Shown here in pieces: positions 52,283 through 64,000 of a stretch of DNA of 64,000 nucleotides (its first letter is position 1; every line of letters begins with the position of its first letter). The stretch spans positions 2,472,345-2,536,344 of the forward strand of contig CM082579.2 of the NCBI GenBank assembly GCA_040954595.2. Direction: 5' to 3'. Origin of the DNA: Balanoglossus misakiensis (Eukaryota; Animalia; Hemichordata). The notes beneath the pieces were generated by a model. It was not told the DNA's origin and did not search any database. It was given only the letters and a program-made list of their open reading frames with translations. The position numbers were made by a program, and so were the translations under genes.

Positions 52283-54190
52283 TTACACGTTGTCAATAGC
52301 AACCTCTTCTGGGACCTCCCTCGATTTCCTGTGCTGTAACCACGCTAGCACCGCCAGCAGAGAGGCTGACACGGCGGCACAGGCAGCTGCTAGATAGAAC
52401 GTCGTCTTCGTGTCGCCTGTGATGTCGTAGAGTTTGCCTAGAAACATTGAGCAACACAGAGAGGCCAGTTATGACATTATACAACAACGAGGGATAGTAA
52501 AAGAGAATATCAAAATATATGACCAGGAAAAAGATGCGATTCCGGTGTGAACAATGTCGATGCTTTCTTGGGATACTTTTTGATGTCATATATACCTGTT
52601 AACGGAACTGACATCACAACTACCGCATCAAAGGCCAGTTCAACACCGAGGGCACTGGGAAGATTTTCCACACCAACAATCTGTCTCACATTTACGTGTT
52701 TCAGCGGACTTGTGATGCCCATGGAAAGTCCTATAGCCACACAAAGAGCAGCCGCGATAGCATAGTGTTTAACGAAGGCCAGCGTCAGAATACAGACAGA
52801 CAGGCAAGTTAGCACCACAACCGACAACGGCATAGCACCAATCACCTTCGAGTCAACAAGAAACCCTTGTCCCAGTCGCCCAAAAGCTGATGCCCCTCCA
52901 TAGAATGTCATCAGCGTTGCAGCTTGCATGCGCGGAATGCCTATTGCAACTGCATGCACAAATATCCATATGAAGCAAAACAGACGCGCGACACTATGCA
53001 GTATGCTTGACAGAATATAAACTGTGAAAAGCGGGTGTTTATGAAAAATATAAATTCCACACGAACGACTCAGTAATGAGCAGGCGTTATTTTCTTTGCT
53101 AGTTTTCTCCGTTTTTCGGCGTTGGGTGCTTTGCAAAGGCGTGATTATCGCAGCCGCAGCAACGAAGTTATTAGCAGCCAGCCCAGCCAAGACAAGAAAA
53201 GTTCCATGCCAACCGTAGTAGTCAATGAGGGCTTGCACAAGAGGTGGAAAGGTCGTTACTCCAACACTCGCTCCGAGTGCAGCAATGCCATTGGCTGTGG
53301 CGAAACGAGTCTTGAAGTGTTGAGCTACGACAGATGTCCCAGTAAGTAGCACCATGACCAGTCCTATTGCTGAGAAAACCATAAATTTCATCAGTTATAT
53401 AAATGTCGTTATATTGATGTCATTGACATTCATCCCAAGTATTGGTACCGATGCCTGTCTGTCTGTTTGTCAGTCGGTCGGTCAGTCTGTCTGTATGTCT
53501 GTCTGTACTGCAGACTATACCTGTCACGACCACAGGTCGGTGCGATGTGACGACATGATGTTCATTTTGAAATCGGACCTACCGTGTAAGGCTCCAAATG
53601 TAAGGATTAAATGCTCTATTCTCTCAGCAAACGCTGATGTTACCATGGCAACTGATACAAGTGTCGCTCCAGCAGCTGTCATCTTTCGCCCTCCAAATTT
53701 TGATATCAGATAGCCAAAAAGCGGTGCTGTATTTAAGAGTTTCAAACAGGGTCATTTGGCAACCTACATGTATGTCGCTTGTTGAATGAAAAGAACAGCA
53801 TACAAATGAAAGGTTATGAACAAGCCTTTCGCAACGGTGATTTGTGTCACTGGTTTTGGAACACGACCTTTTTTCTGGTCAAACAAACTTTCAGCGGTAC
53901 TTGTCACAAGTCGCACGCATTTACGTCCCGGTTTAGTATATACATCCAGTCAGACAAGACTTACCTGTAGCAGCGCCAGCGAAGCCAACTAATGTAAACA
54001 TCCACGAAATGGTTGTAACACTCTCTTCAAAGTAACGGTGAAATTCGACCATGAAGACACCATTGGAAGCAGCAGTACCCGCAAAATAGCAGCGAGTGAA
54101 AAAGGTGCTTAACACAACTAACCATCCCCTGGGCGAAGCTATCTTCCGTCGCTGGGTAATGTTCTCTTCGTTAGACTTCGATGACGTCAT
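52283..54190 (-). CDS. Monocarboxylate transporter family (SLC16/MFS) protein, 4 coding exons
   Basis: Exons about 53965-54190 (RGWLVVLSTF..ISW), 53583-53727 (APLFGYLISKFGGR..FGALHG), 52596-53371 (QHFKTRFATANGIA..G, YYGWHG, FGRL..G.LVD), 52283-52437 (GKLYDITGD...FYLA, TAA). AATAAA on the minus strand at 52223-52228. Confidence 0.9.
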
Positions 54191-56754
54191 CGTGATTAAC
54201 TGGAAAGGTTTTGATGGAATATCGTAACCGTAAATGTAGTGAGCAGTGAGCACGTCACAATTCGCTCTCACAATCCTGTTATACGTACTAAAACCTATGA
54301 CATTGCGCAACAATAAGTTTGCTGGCAGTATGCAGAAATATCGCAGAATAAATGTCAACAATTTCACATCGTGTAACTGTCAGGTCATCCAGTCATACAA
54401 AAGGCCTCACCATGCACAGGTGTAGTATCCCTTCTGGCGAGAGAAAAGATGACCACGCCTCAGTTTCTTCGAAGCAATCGTGAACGCTCTAGCTGGTCAA
54501 TGAAAATAATATATAAGAAAAATGGAATGCCATTCGAATGAACATTAGTTTTCGTCAGTAGAAAGTGCTATGTGGGCGTTTTGTTGTTGGGGTTTCTGCG
54601 ACCTAAATTACAAGATGTCAGCTGGCTTGTCTTTATCTTCGACACAAAGGTGAAGGTCCGTTTGACCGTGACTAATCTGTCAGTAGACAAACTTACTTGC
54701 GCCGGAGAAAAAATAACATGGGTAGCCCTTTTGACTTCGGCAGATAAGACTTGAAACATTCTATTTATATGTTAGATGTTTCGACTCAAGAATGATTTGT
54801 AAAAGTTTGCAAGCACAGGCGTAATATCTGCACTCTTAACTCACCTTCTTGCGAAGGGCAATGTTTTAACAATCTATTCAGATGTCGGTGTCGATGTCAA
54901 CTGCCTTGTATGTGGACTTCGCACTTCTGATGACCATGTCAATAGGAAAGCGAACAGTAATAATCTACAGTGTAAGTTACATTCCAATGGAGGCACACTA
55001 GCGGACCATACCCTCCACTACTGTCAATGTCCCAGGGTACTGGTAACTAATGCGCGGTTGATAGTTAGTAAACATAACATAACCACTGTGTACTGTGTAG
55101 CATTCAATACCCAACTGTGCCTGACAAAGGTTAATATAGACCTGCAGTTGCAGTTAAGTTCTGGTATCTAACCCCGCTCTGCCACAGGATGGCACCGTTT
55201 ATATACGTATACACATTCGCTCTGCTTCATATTCATCCGCGTATAGTGGATGTTGTGCTTGAGTAAAAATAATAAGAACTTAAAGTTTAGACACACTACG
55301 TCAATATTGACTCGAACGCATGACGTGCGGAACATTACACGCTAAACATAATATTTTCATCGGTGTGAAAATCAGAACCTGTAAAATGGCTGCCGGATAC
55401 GACACTCGAGTCCAAAGAGGAAAACCTGATTAATACGATATTATACATCATTATATAGTTAGTAGAAGAATACAAAACGATTTTAGGTGTTCAACCGCTT
55501 GTCTGTTAACACTAGATTCGCACGTGGCCTCCATATATTACAGCAAGAAATATTAAATATTCATCCAGGAATTGCGTGACGGCGACTGAACAAATGCGGA
55601 GTGGTTGGTAATTAAATAAAAAAAGGCAATAATAACCCATTTAGCGTTCCCCTGGTAACAAATGTATTTCAGGTCAACAGGTGTCCATTTATTTCAAATT
55701 TGATTAGAGCGAAACCGAATCATTTTTGTAACATTATCTGGAAACTGTTATTCTCTACTGGTTCTATGCTTACTATAAAATGGGTACAATGAAAAGATTT
55801 TTTTAATTTAGTCTCAGTTTGATATTTCCGTTACCATGAAATTAGGGCATGCATGGCAAATCATTCACTCTGCGCCTTCCTGAAATTATACAAGTTGAGA
55901 GACGGAAACAAACGTTGTTCAAATATTGATTTAAAGGGACAAAGTCTCTCTCTCGCTACCCCTTATTCCATTAATTATGTTTGATACAAGACACCGTTTA
56001 TGTTATTCTACATGCGGATATATTGTGAATCAAAGTTCGACACTTCCATTCCGCCAAATTGAATAAACGTTGCAAAGTACTCGTGTCTTTCCGTCTAAAT
56101 TAGATTTTCTGAGCACGTCTGCAATGTAATACAGTCGGACCGGGTGAAGACGAGAATAAATTAAAAATAAAAATTTGATGAGCAGTTTTTGAAAAAAGAG
56201 AATACGCGGTCGCGAGATTTGAGGCATCAAAGATTTAGTTGTCAGTCAAGTTAGAAGCGACAGTTTGCATTGTAAAACTATTCAATCATTTGCACGCAAG
56301 CGAGCCGGTTGTCTTAAAATATTGAAGTTAACTCTATCTGCTTTACCTCTTGAACACATCATTGATAATTAGAATTTCAGCGTTCACAAAACTTGGCGTG
56401 ATTGAAATCCCCTGACCTACATGTGGATATATAGTGGACATCACGCTGCATACTGAGAATATCTTGACTGATTTAAAATGATGAATCGGGTAATCTTGTC
56501 TGGATTTGAAACAGTCGAACCCAATTACACACATATATTTTATCATCTATGAAGTATCAGTGAACAGTTGAAACATCGCAGTGCCCTGCTAGTGTACCTA
56601 ATTTGCTTCCAAGTCACGTGCTCACGTGTCATTTATACATAAAGCGACGCAGTGAAAGTTCTCGTTGTAGCCACTGGATCGACAACAGCGGCGAGTTTTT
56701 CCCTGTTGTTGTCGTACCGTTCGTGTTGGCTTGTTGATATATTCAGTCTGTGGG

Positions 56755-59700
56755 ATGGAGAACGCACCGAGAGAATTTGCTCGTATCTGCGCGATTTCGA
56801 TGTGCTTAGTTGGCCTGGCAACGGGATATCTGCAGCATCACAGGTATGTCTTTTTGCTTCTGTTAATATTTTCACGACCCGTGGCGATTAAACTGTTATG
56901 CGCAAAATTCTCAACAATAGCGATGCCCCACGGCGCGGGCAATAGCAAAAGCACGTTCAAACGGATTCTCGCACCATCAAATGACGCTCATTCTCGCAGC
57001 TGCGGAGTACCAAATTCTCGTACAAAGAAAAAAAAACGACTTCCAGTTGATTAATTGTATCTTTACAAGCAATAACCCTTGCGTGTTTTCCGTTTGTTTG
57101 TTTCCAAAAGTGCGTCTTTTAAGTTGTTTTCACTAAAAAGTGTAAGTATGTTTTGTTAGCAAGACTGTATCCGAGGAAACCCCATATAATAGATAATCCA
57201 ATTTGAGACATCAACTTCGATAGATAGGCTCCTTAAGCTGCACTGACAAGCGGTGGGATGGGTTAACACAGAACATCGCTCAGTGTTCCATCTTCGTTGA
57301 GTTAAACTGCAAGGCTTGTGGCTGTCGTAGGCATCACGCTCGTTTTCATCATCAATACATCGTGTATTCTCTGGCGACAGTCAAAGCAAACTACCAGGAG
57401 TTTATTGACGTCCGTCTATTTTTTTTTATCAATTTATGCAATATCACAGAATATTCCATAGGTCGCCTGGAGCAGCTGTCAAGAGATCAATTAAAGTAAC
57501 CAATCATGCCGCCTCGATCGTCTCTTCGAAGTATTTTGTCATTTTGATGGAAAGAGCAAATGTCAACACTCTGCCGTTTATCTTGTCATCCAAATACACG
57601 TGTTTTCGATTAATGTCAATAGACCGTAAGGAAAGTGCGATGAATCTTCGAGTGGGCTTAAAAAACTAACTATGTAAATTCCTCTTACATCGTAAGAGGG
57701 TGTAATCCGCAAGAACATGGAAATGTCAGCGTTTTAACCCACAAAGTGTTGCACAATTTGCAGTCAGGGATTTTGAATTCCACACTTCTTTTGTACAGCA
57801 ATCAGAGCGCTGATGCAAATGTCAGAGCGAACACTTAGATAGGTTAACAGTATAGACACAATGAAACGTATGGTCTCTGTGTACATGCACAAAAGCACAG
57901 TCTGTCAAAAGCGAGGGCAATAATTTGCGAGCACCTCGGGCATTGGAAATATTTTTAACTTTTGGAGAAGTTTGAATGGTATAAGCTTGTTCAATCGCTG
58001 ACCTAATATATTCTCGAATGATATCCCGGTGGTGACAATCGCAAGGGAGATCGGTTCCCATACTTGTTATAAGGAAAAGGGACACTTTTTCGAAATTCCA
58101 TTTCTGTCATGCTATGGCTGTAACTTTTGCGATATCTCTAGATTTTGAGAATTGTGCGGTGTTTTTTTGGTCTAAATTTCTAATATATTTCGCAAAAGGG
58201 TGTGTTTTGATTGAAACGTCGTGGAAAATATGTACCTTAAAATTTTGCGGATCAAGGATGGATGCCCACTTTCTACCGCCGGGTCAGATTCGAATGACCA
58301 AAATATCTGGACGTGATTGGAATGATGTTTTGTGTACGCCATAAAATTCACACCTGCAAAGTACATATAGCAAAAAGAAAAACGACCGAATGGTTTCAGC
58401 CAAGTATCTTCCATCGGAAAATGTTTTGAACACATTTTGAGGTGTATTTTTATACACGCCAACATGTTTTGAACACATTTTAACGTGTATTTTTAGTTTC
58501 ATCCGCTGACTGTATGCTACAGTGCAATATTTCAGAACAGTGTCCCTCGTTGCATTGTACATTTCGACACTACTCATAAAATATAGGTTAAAAATAAATG
58601 TTAATATTCTTGCATGTTTATACAGTTCAACTTATGTTTAACCATATTCCATTGTTCTCAGATCTGACAGCCAATATATAGAAGATTGACATGTATCATT
58701 ATTAACTCTGCGACACTATTTTCAATGTCACCCAAAATAGAAAACGGTCATAGTTAATAATAGTGACATTGAACTTAAATTTAGATATTGATTTACTTCA
58801 AGTTGAAATATGCCTATTATTATCTCTGTGCAATTAAAATATTTTTATCATTAGGCCACACCCTGGGTTACTCAGCAACGTATGGTTAACTGATTGATGG
58901 AATGTTAGACTGCCATAATGCTTTACCATGAAATTCGTTCGATATTGTCTCGTGCAGCGGCATCACGTGGATGGTGAATGCATGAAATAGTCGATAAGTC
59001 ATATCTGCTACTTATAAAAAAAACTACCGTCGGGACCTACATGGACGACAGTTTGTCGGTGGCTACTGACATCTGCCGCTCGAGGGCGCTCCCGTAGCGG
59101 TTTCTCCAGTCTACAGAGACACCGCGATATTCAAATCGTGAAAACTACGTCTGCCTCGTTTACTGCAGCTGCAAGAGACAACAAACGTTAGCGTCGTGTA
59201 TTTGTTGTCAGATAGTGGTGGCAGAAAGACATAAAGGTAAATAACCGCGGAGTCTTTAGGGAAAACATCAGTTGATATCTTTATCGCCTGTGGGAAATAA
59301 CTATCATGTCACTGATAAACAGAATGTAGACTTACGATATGTGACATATTTGCATACAGATTGTCGGAAACGGTCGCTAAATACTTTCATAATTAATTAG
59401 ACTGTAAACGAAAGTCTCGAGGTGACTTTCAAGACGTGTGGATTTCTCTGTATTACCACAAATACACGACTTTATTTGGCTGTATATGTGTAGATTTGCA
59501 GTAATTACAGGCAAAAATACGGGTCAATACACTCTGTATTTAAGCCATTTCACGCAGTGTAGTTGTGCTGCATTTTATTTCAGAATAGGCCCATTGCAAG
59601 CAAACATTCTAATGGAAATTGAATACCCACGCACTTTATTAGTTAAAACTCCCAATTCTCATTATATTCTTAAAACTATATGTAATTATCTAGATTTGTG

Positions 59701-62700
59701 ATCTCTTGGCACGCCATTCGGAATCCATTGCACGTATACCCGATATCCAGTGGTGACACCGTCTAGATTGCTTTCTTGATTGATCGATTGAAGACACTCT
59801 ACCCCGACGGCAATCTCTTAATTACTCCCGGGGAAAAAAGCTTTCCTTCAACTTTGAATTCGCAAATTGACACTTGGAAGTGTTGTAACTGTTGCGTGTG
59901 AACCGGGTTCTGAAACATGCATTTGGAGCATTTAGTTTGCAATGCGTTGACACAGAGAAGGGTGCCGAAGCGACGAACGTTGCATTCAACGTACACCTTG
60001 TCTTGAATAAAGACAAACGCGATTAACATAATGAGATTCCCCTTGTCACAGCTGTACAACTACAAGAACGCCTGAATAAAGCAGGTGTGGTATTGACTGA
60101 TTTGGACATAACACCCTCTCGTGTTCCTTGGGCCCTTTATAGCGATTCCCTCGTGGGTATTTCAGAACGATTTAAGACTTCATACGTATGCCATAGTGTC
60201 ATATCCATGTTTCAGGTTGGAAACAAATCAGTCAATGCATACATGTCTGATAACGTTTACGGACGAAGGGGTGGACGAACGGACAAAGCCCAAACCATAA
60301 TTCCCCCTGGACATGATCGTCGAGGACTTAAACCATACAAATTTCCGTATAAACAGGGAAATAATTTTCTATTCACAGCGCCCATACCTTGCTCAAAGAA
60401 CAAATGGAAGGTCATCACTACGATGAGCAACTGAGACCGGGCATTGGAGGTAAGTCACTCCAATGTGATATCCATGCATATAATCTCAATGCCCTTGAGA
60501 TGCGCTGGGAAGGAACAAATACTTGACATTTGTGTAATAATTGTGCTAGATATTTATTAACTGCTCCATTTTCAGGGAAAGTACAATGATCACCATCACG
60601 CAACAGCCTCATGTTTTCAATTATCAAATTATCAACAGGTGATCCCGTCAATGTGTCCGTCGGTATTTTTATCACTAGTATACATTCCTTGTCGGAAATT
60701 TCAATGGTGAGTAATTTGCTTACATAACTTCGAACTAGGCAACCACGAATGTAAAAAACTACCCGGTTGAATGACCTATGTTTACTGGCAAATTTGTTGT
60801 GATTCAAGTGTGTTTCTTACACTCACCCTACCCCTACCCACCACCAGGATTATGGCGCAACAATGTATCTGGTAATGGAATGGGATGACCAGAGACTTGA
60901 GTATAACAGCTCAGACCCAATCGATTTGCGGTCAGGCTCCAAGCTGCAGCACATGGTCTGGACTCCCGATTTGTATTTCGTCAATGTCAAAGAAGGCGAA
61001 CTGCACCACGTGACGGAAACCAACAAGCAGATGCGCATTCATCCCAACGGACACGTGATCTACGATATACGGTAGGCGATGAAGAACTTGTCTGCATTTG
61101 CCACCTTCCGTAAATTAGTAGGATAGTGTGGGGAATATAAACCATCGGCTGTCGGTCGGAGGATGGTGCAGACCTGGACATAACATTGATGCTATGCCCT
61201 TGAGCAATTCAGGGCGCTATCTTTGTGATGGGAGCCTTATCCTGTAAATAACTATATATGCATGTTAGATGATGGATGAAATAAAATAAATAAACCCTTC
61301 TGGGAAAGAAATAAAACCCATTCGGGTTTTATTCGCCATAACATCCAATCCATCTTGATTCAAACATAATTTATGTTTTCTTCTTACAGTGTAAGCCTGG
61401 TGCTTATCTGCCATATGCAATTACAACGATTCCCGATGGATAAACAGTCGTGTGCCATCGAGATGGAAAGCTGTACGTATGAATAGTGTTGACCTTTTGG
61501 ACACAGTTTACATTAAGACTTGATTATTCTAATGTATCTATCCGAATTACTCTACAATATTTACATATTTGCATGAAGATTTATGGATTAATTTGTTTTC
61601 TATTTCGCTTTTCGGATATGTAAAATTGATGCTCGCGAAGAATAATGAAAAATGATTACGCGTGTTCAGTCATTCGGTTTCCTGTAACTGTGTGCGCATT
61701 TAGATTTATGGCCCGAGTCTGAAAACATACAGTGTTCAGATAAGATTTTGATTCAAATAACTCCCTTGTCATTTTCCTGTGCTGTGATCCGTTAAAGACA
61801 ATGTTTACTCGTTGAGAGAAATCTGCTGCATGCTTGACAAACCATTGTGAAGTGTGCCATCTGATTGGTCCGCTGCCGCTTAATGCGTCACGTGACAGAG
61901 TCATGCGGTTTTCCCTTTAGACGTGACTGTGAATCGGAACTTAACGGTTGGGATACTATCAAGCTCAATGCACTCGGCGAGGCGTGATATAAGAACCCCG
62001 GGGAGAGAAGATAACTTTGTATCGTCCCTGATTTATGATTTCGTCGTGAAAGCCAATCCCACTTAGCCAAATTTAAGAGAATTTGATGTGAAATGAAAGT
62101 TTTATGAGTCATAAATGGTAGTTTAATATTAAGCGAGTACCTTTTGGAAAAATAACAACCACTCTAGGGTTTGTATAGTAACACAGGGTCAGTCCAACTA
62201 CAGTATGTGTTCCCAATGGTGAAACTCGGCTGCTTGAGTAGTATGGATGAGTTCGATGAGGAGACAAGCGTCGGGTTTCATAAAAAGTTTTATTGTTAAA
62301 AACTTGTTCTACCAACGTTTCGATCCTTCACTGAGGATCTTCTTCAGGGATCTAAAAATAGCAAAATGTAGGTGGAAAATAAAAATGAGCTGTATGGTCA
62401 AAATCTCATTGAGTATTGTAAAAATAAAGTCTGAAACGAAGACAAAATTAACAACAGTCGGAACTGCAGTTGGACATGCGGACAAAAAATTAGACTTGAG
62501 TAAAATGACAACTTGTAAAACGGAATGATAAAAATAAATGTAGAGAGACAAGACAAAAGAAACTTACTCAGCGGTGATGGTCTGAATGTGGTCTGAATAA
62601 AGACAAAGAGGACTCCCTAGTGTGGGAGGAAAAATCAAACGGACTGCCTAGCAGTAAACAAAGACTATAGGTGGTGGGAAAAATATGAATATGAATGAAA

Positions 62701-63537
62701 GAAAAAAGTTCTACCAGTCCTTTTTGTTGATACCAGTGGGTGAAAGGGTACCGAGTGCATTAATAATTTTGAGTTCCAGTTGCTTTCTTATTTTGTCGTG
62801 TCTCGAATATACTTTGCACAGACCAGTGAATTGGAAATGGTCAATGTTGTGATCAGGTTCATGGAAGTGATGAGCGACTAGAGTGTCTTTGTGTGTACGG
62901 ATACTGTAAAGGTGTTCGTTGATTCTGATACGGAGTTCCCGTTTTGTTTCCCCGATGTACAATTTGTCGCATTTGATACAGACGATGGCATAAATGATGT
63001 TGCGAGTATTACATGTCAGTTGGCCGATGATATGATGCGATTTGTTATTCACCTTGTTGATTAATTTGTGTTCATTGGTCTGGATCATAAATTTGCATGT
63101 TCTACAGTTGTTACAGGGTTTACAGAGTCCTGGGTCAGCGTCTTTAGTTCTTGTCTTAAGGCCGGCTCTGACTATCATCTTCCTTAGGTTGGGTGGTTGT
63201 CTATAAGCGACAAAAGGGGGCGCGGTGAATGTCTCCCTTGTAGACTGATTAGATGCAAGTATGTGCCAGTGCTTTCTAATTATTGTCGATATGCTGGGAA
63301 GGGCCGGGTGGTGTGTGATGACAAATGGTATACGTTCGGATGCGTTTTCCGTCCAAAGAACGGAAATGCTGCATCTTCTTATAGTCTTTTTTATCTTTCC
63401 AGTCAGTTACAGCACGAAGGATGTGCGCCTCTTCTGGGGTAAAGAATTCAACGTCATCATTCCTGATAAAGTCGCTCTGCCTGGTTTCGTCATCCGGAAG
63501 CCAACTGTACGAGAAGATGAAGTGGAATATCCCCTGG
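56755..63537 (+). CDS. Cys-loop ligand-gated ion channel subunit, GABA-A/glycine-receptor-like; extracellular domain only, gene continues beyond the window
   Basis: Probable signal exon 56755-56843 (less certain), then 60379-60449 (YDEQLRPGIGG), 60639-60706 (68 nt, PVNVSV.IFITSI.SLSEISM), 60848-61071 (W.D.RL, WTPDLYFVN), 61390-61472 (83 nt, Cys-loop CHMQLQRFPMDKQSC, MES), 63403-63537 (FSYS.KDV...LPGF). The 68- and 83-nt exons are typical of GABA-A/GlyR genes. Confidence 0.88.
60061..60331 (+). mobile_element. Possible degenerate Helentron-associated (HINE/DINE-like) non-autonomous repeat
   Basis: Starts ACAAG, has a decayed (ACGG)n tract near 60258-60284, then ends in a CCCC...hairpin-like 3' segment before TTAA. 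Recognised by layout only. Confidence 0.3.
61085..61294 (+). mobile_element. Possible 5'-truncated SINE-like retroposon
   Basis: A GC-richer intronic segment ending in an (AAAT)n tail at about 61278-61294. No A/B boxes or TSD identified. Confidence 0.3.
62230..63220 (-). mobile_element. 5'-truncated Penelope-like retroelement (GIY-YIG endonuclease, Cys-rich linker as in the Neptune group) in a Cys-loop receptor intron
   Basis: The open frame from about 63220 reads PFVAYRQPPNLRKMIVRA, then CKPCNNCRTC, TC.TRNIIYAIVC.KC.KLYIGETKR.LR.RINEH, VAHHF...H, LE..II..LGTLSP.GIN; stop at 62711. The RT domain is absent. The downstream UTR carries a hammerhead and AATAAA. Ends are approximate. Confidence 0.9.
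62312..62349 (-). ncRNA. Minimal type I hammerhead ribozyme of the Penelope-like element
   Basis: The minus strand reads CC-CUGAAGA-A-GAUCCU-CAGUGA-AGGAUC-GAAA-CG-UU-GG: core boxes CUGANGA and GAAA, a 6-bp stem II, a palindromic AACGUU in place of stem III and a very short stem I. Confidence 0.75.
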
Positions 63538-64000
63538 GTATGTGAAAGCCCAGTAGTTGTTTTTTTTTAAATATTACACATCTCTCCAGAGTTTCGGTTG
63601 ATTGGAAACAAGTGGGTGTATGGCGCGCGGCTTTACGTTCTTTGCCATTCATTCTTGGCCTGAGGTGGTCATTCGTTCTCAATGGTTTGGATGAAATGCG
63701 TGACAGGTCGCTTGGTACGTGAAACCGCGATATCAATGCCAACCAGCTCCCCATTGAGATTAGCAATTTAGGATGTAATTGTTCAAGTAGAATTTATCAC
63801 CAGGTCATAATTAGAAAAGTATTCAATACACTATAATAATTTTGTTGTGGCAACTCGAACGTTTTATTGCTTAAATGCCCCAATTGTGACAACTTTGATT
63901 GGGTACTAGTATTATCTCTGGTAAACGACATGATTCATCCGCATATTCAGATCTAATGTACTCTACACCATGAACCACTCCTGTCAGTGGTATAAATCTT

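Noticed and set aside
53455-53510. (GTCT/GTCG)n tract in an SLC16 intron
   Set aside because: Ordinary degenerate microsatellite, possibly a repeat remnant; no element ends found.
58418-58493. Two-copy repeat ATGTTTTGAACACATTTT...GTGTATTTT
   Set aside because: Only two units with no unique spacers; a simple local duplication, not CRISPR-like.
59110-59236. Candidate extra exons of the Cys-loop gene
   Set aside because: Splice-like sites exist, but I found no phase-compatible, family-like peptide; exon 56755-56843 joins 60379 in frame without them.
1-64000. Prokaryote-type systems (CRISPR, operons, defence islands), rRNA or tRNA genes
   Set aside because: The window is spliceosomal-intron-rich animal DNA; no such features were seen.

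Overview
AT-rich, intron-rich animal genomic DNA. The gene set and repeat style suggest a marine invertebrate, possibly a non-vertebrate deuterostome, but the taxon cannot be proven from the sequence. Manual splicing supports nine genes, in order: the 3' part of an F-type-lectin-domain gene (+); a MET/RON-type receptor tyrosine kinase whose ectodomain is LDLa-LDLa-mucin-IPTx3 rather than Sema-PSI (+); two tandem SLC13 transporters with degenerate Na+/carboxylate-binding motifs (-); prolyl 4-hydroxylase alpha (+); PPME1 (-); C2CD3 (+, with two U12 introns); an SLC16/MCT transporter (-); and the 5' part of a GABA/glycine-type Cys-loop receptor (+). The P4HA-PPME1-C2CD3 block has the same order and orientation as human P4HA3-PPME1-C2CD3. 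Mobile DNA includes a TIR element with a 6-bp TSD, a 148-bp foldback, and a truncated Penelope-like element carrying a minimal hammerhead ribozyme. No prokaryotic systems, CRISPR arrays, rRNA or tRNA genes were seen. Exon coordinates were read by eye and may be off by a few bases.
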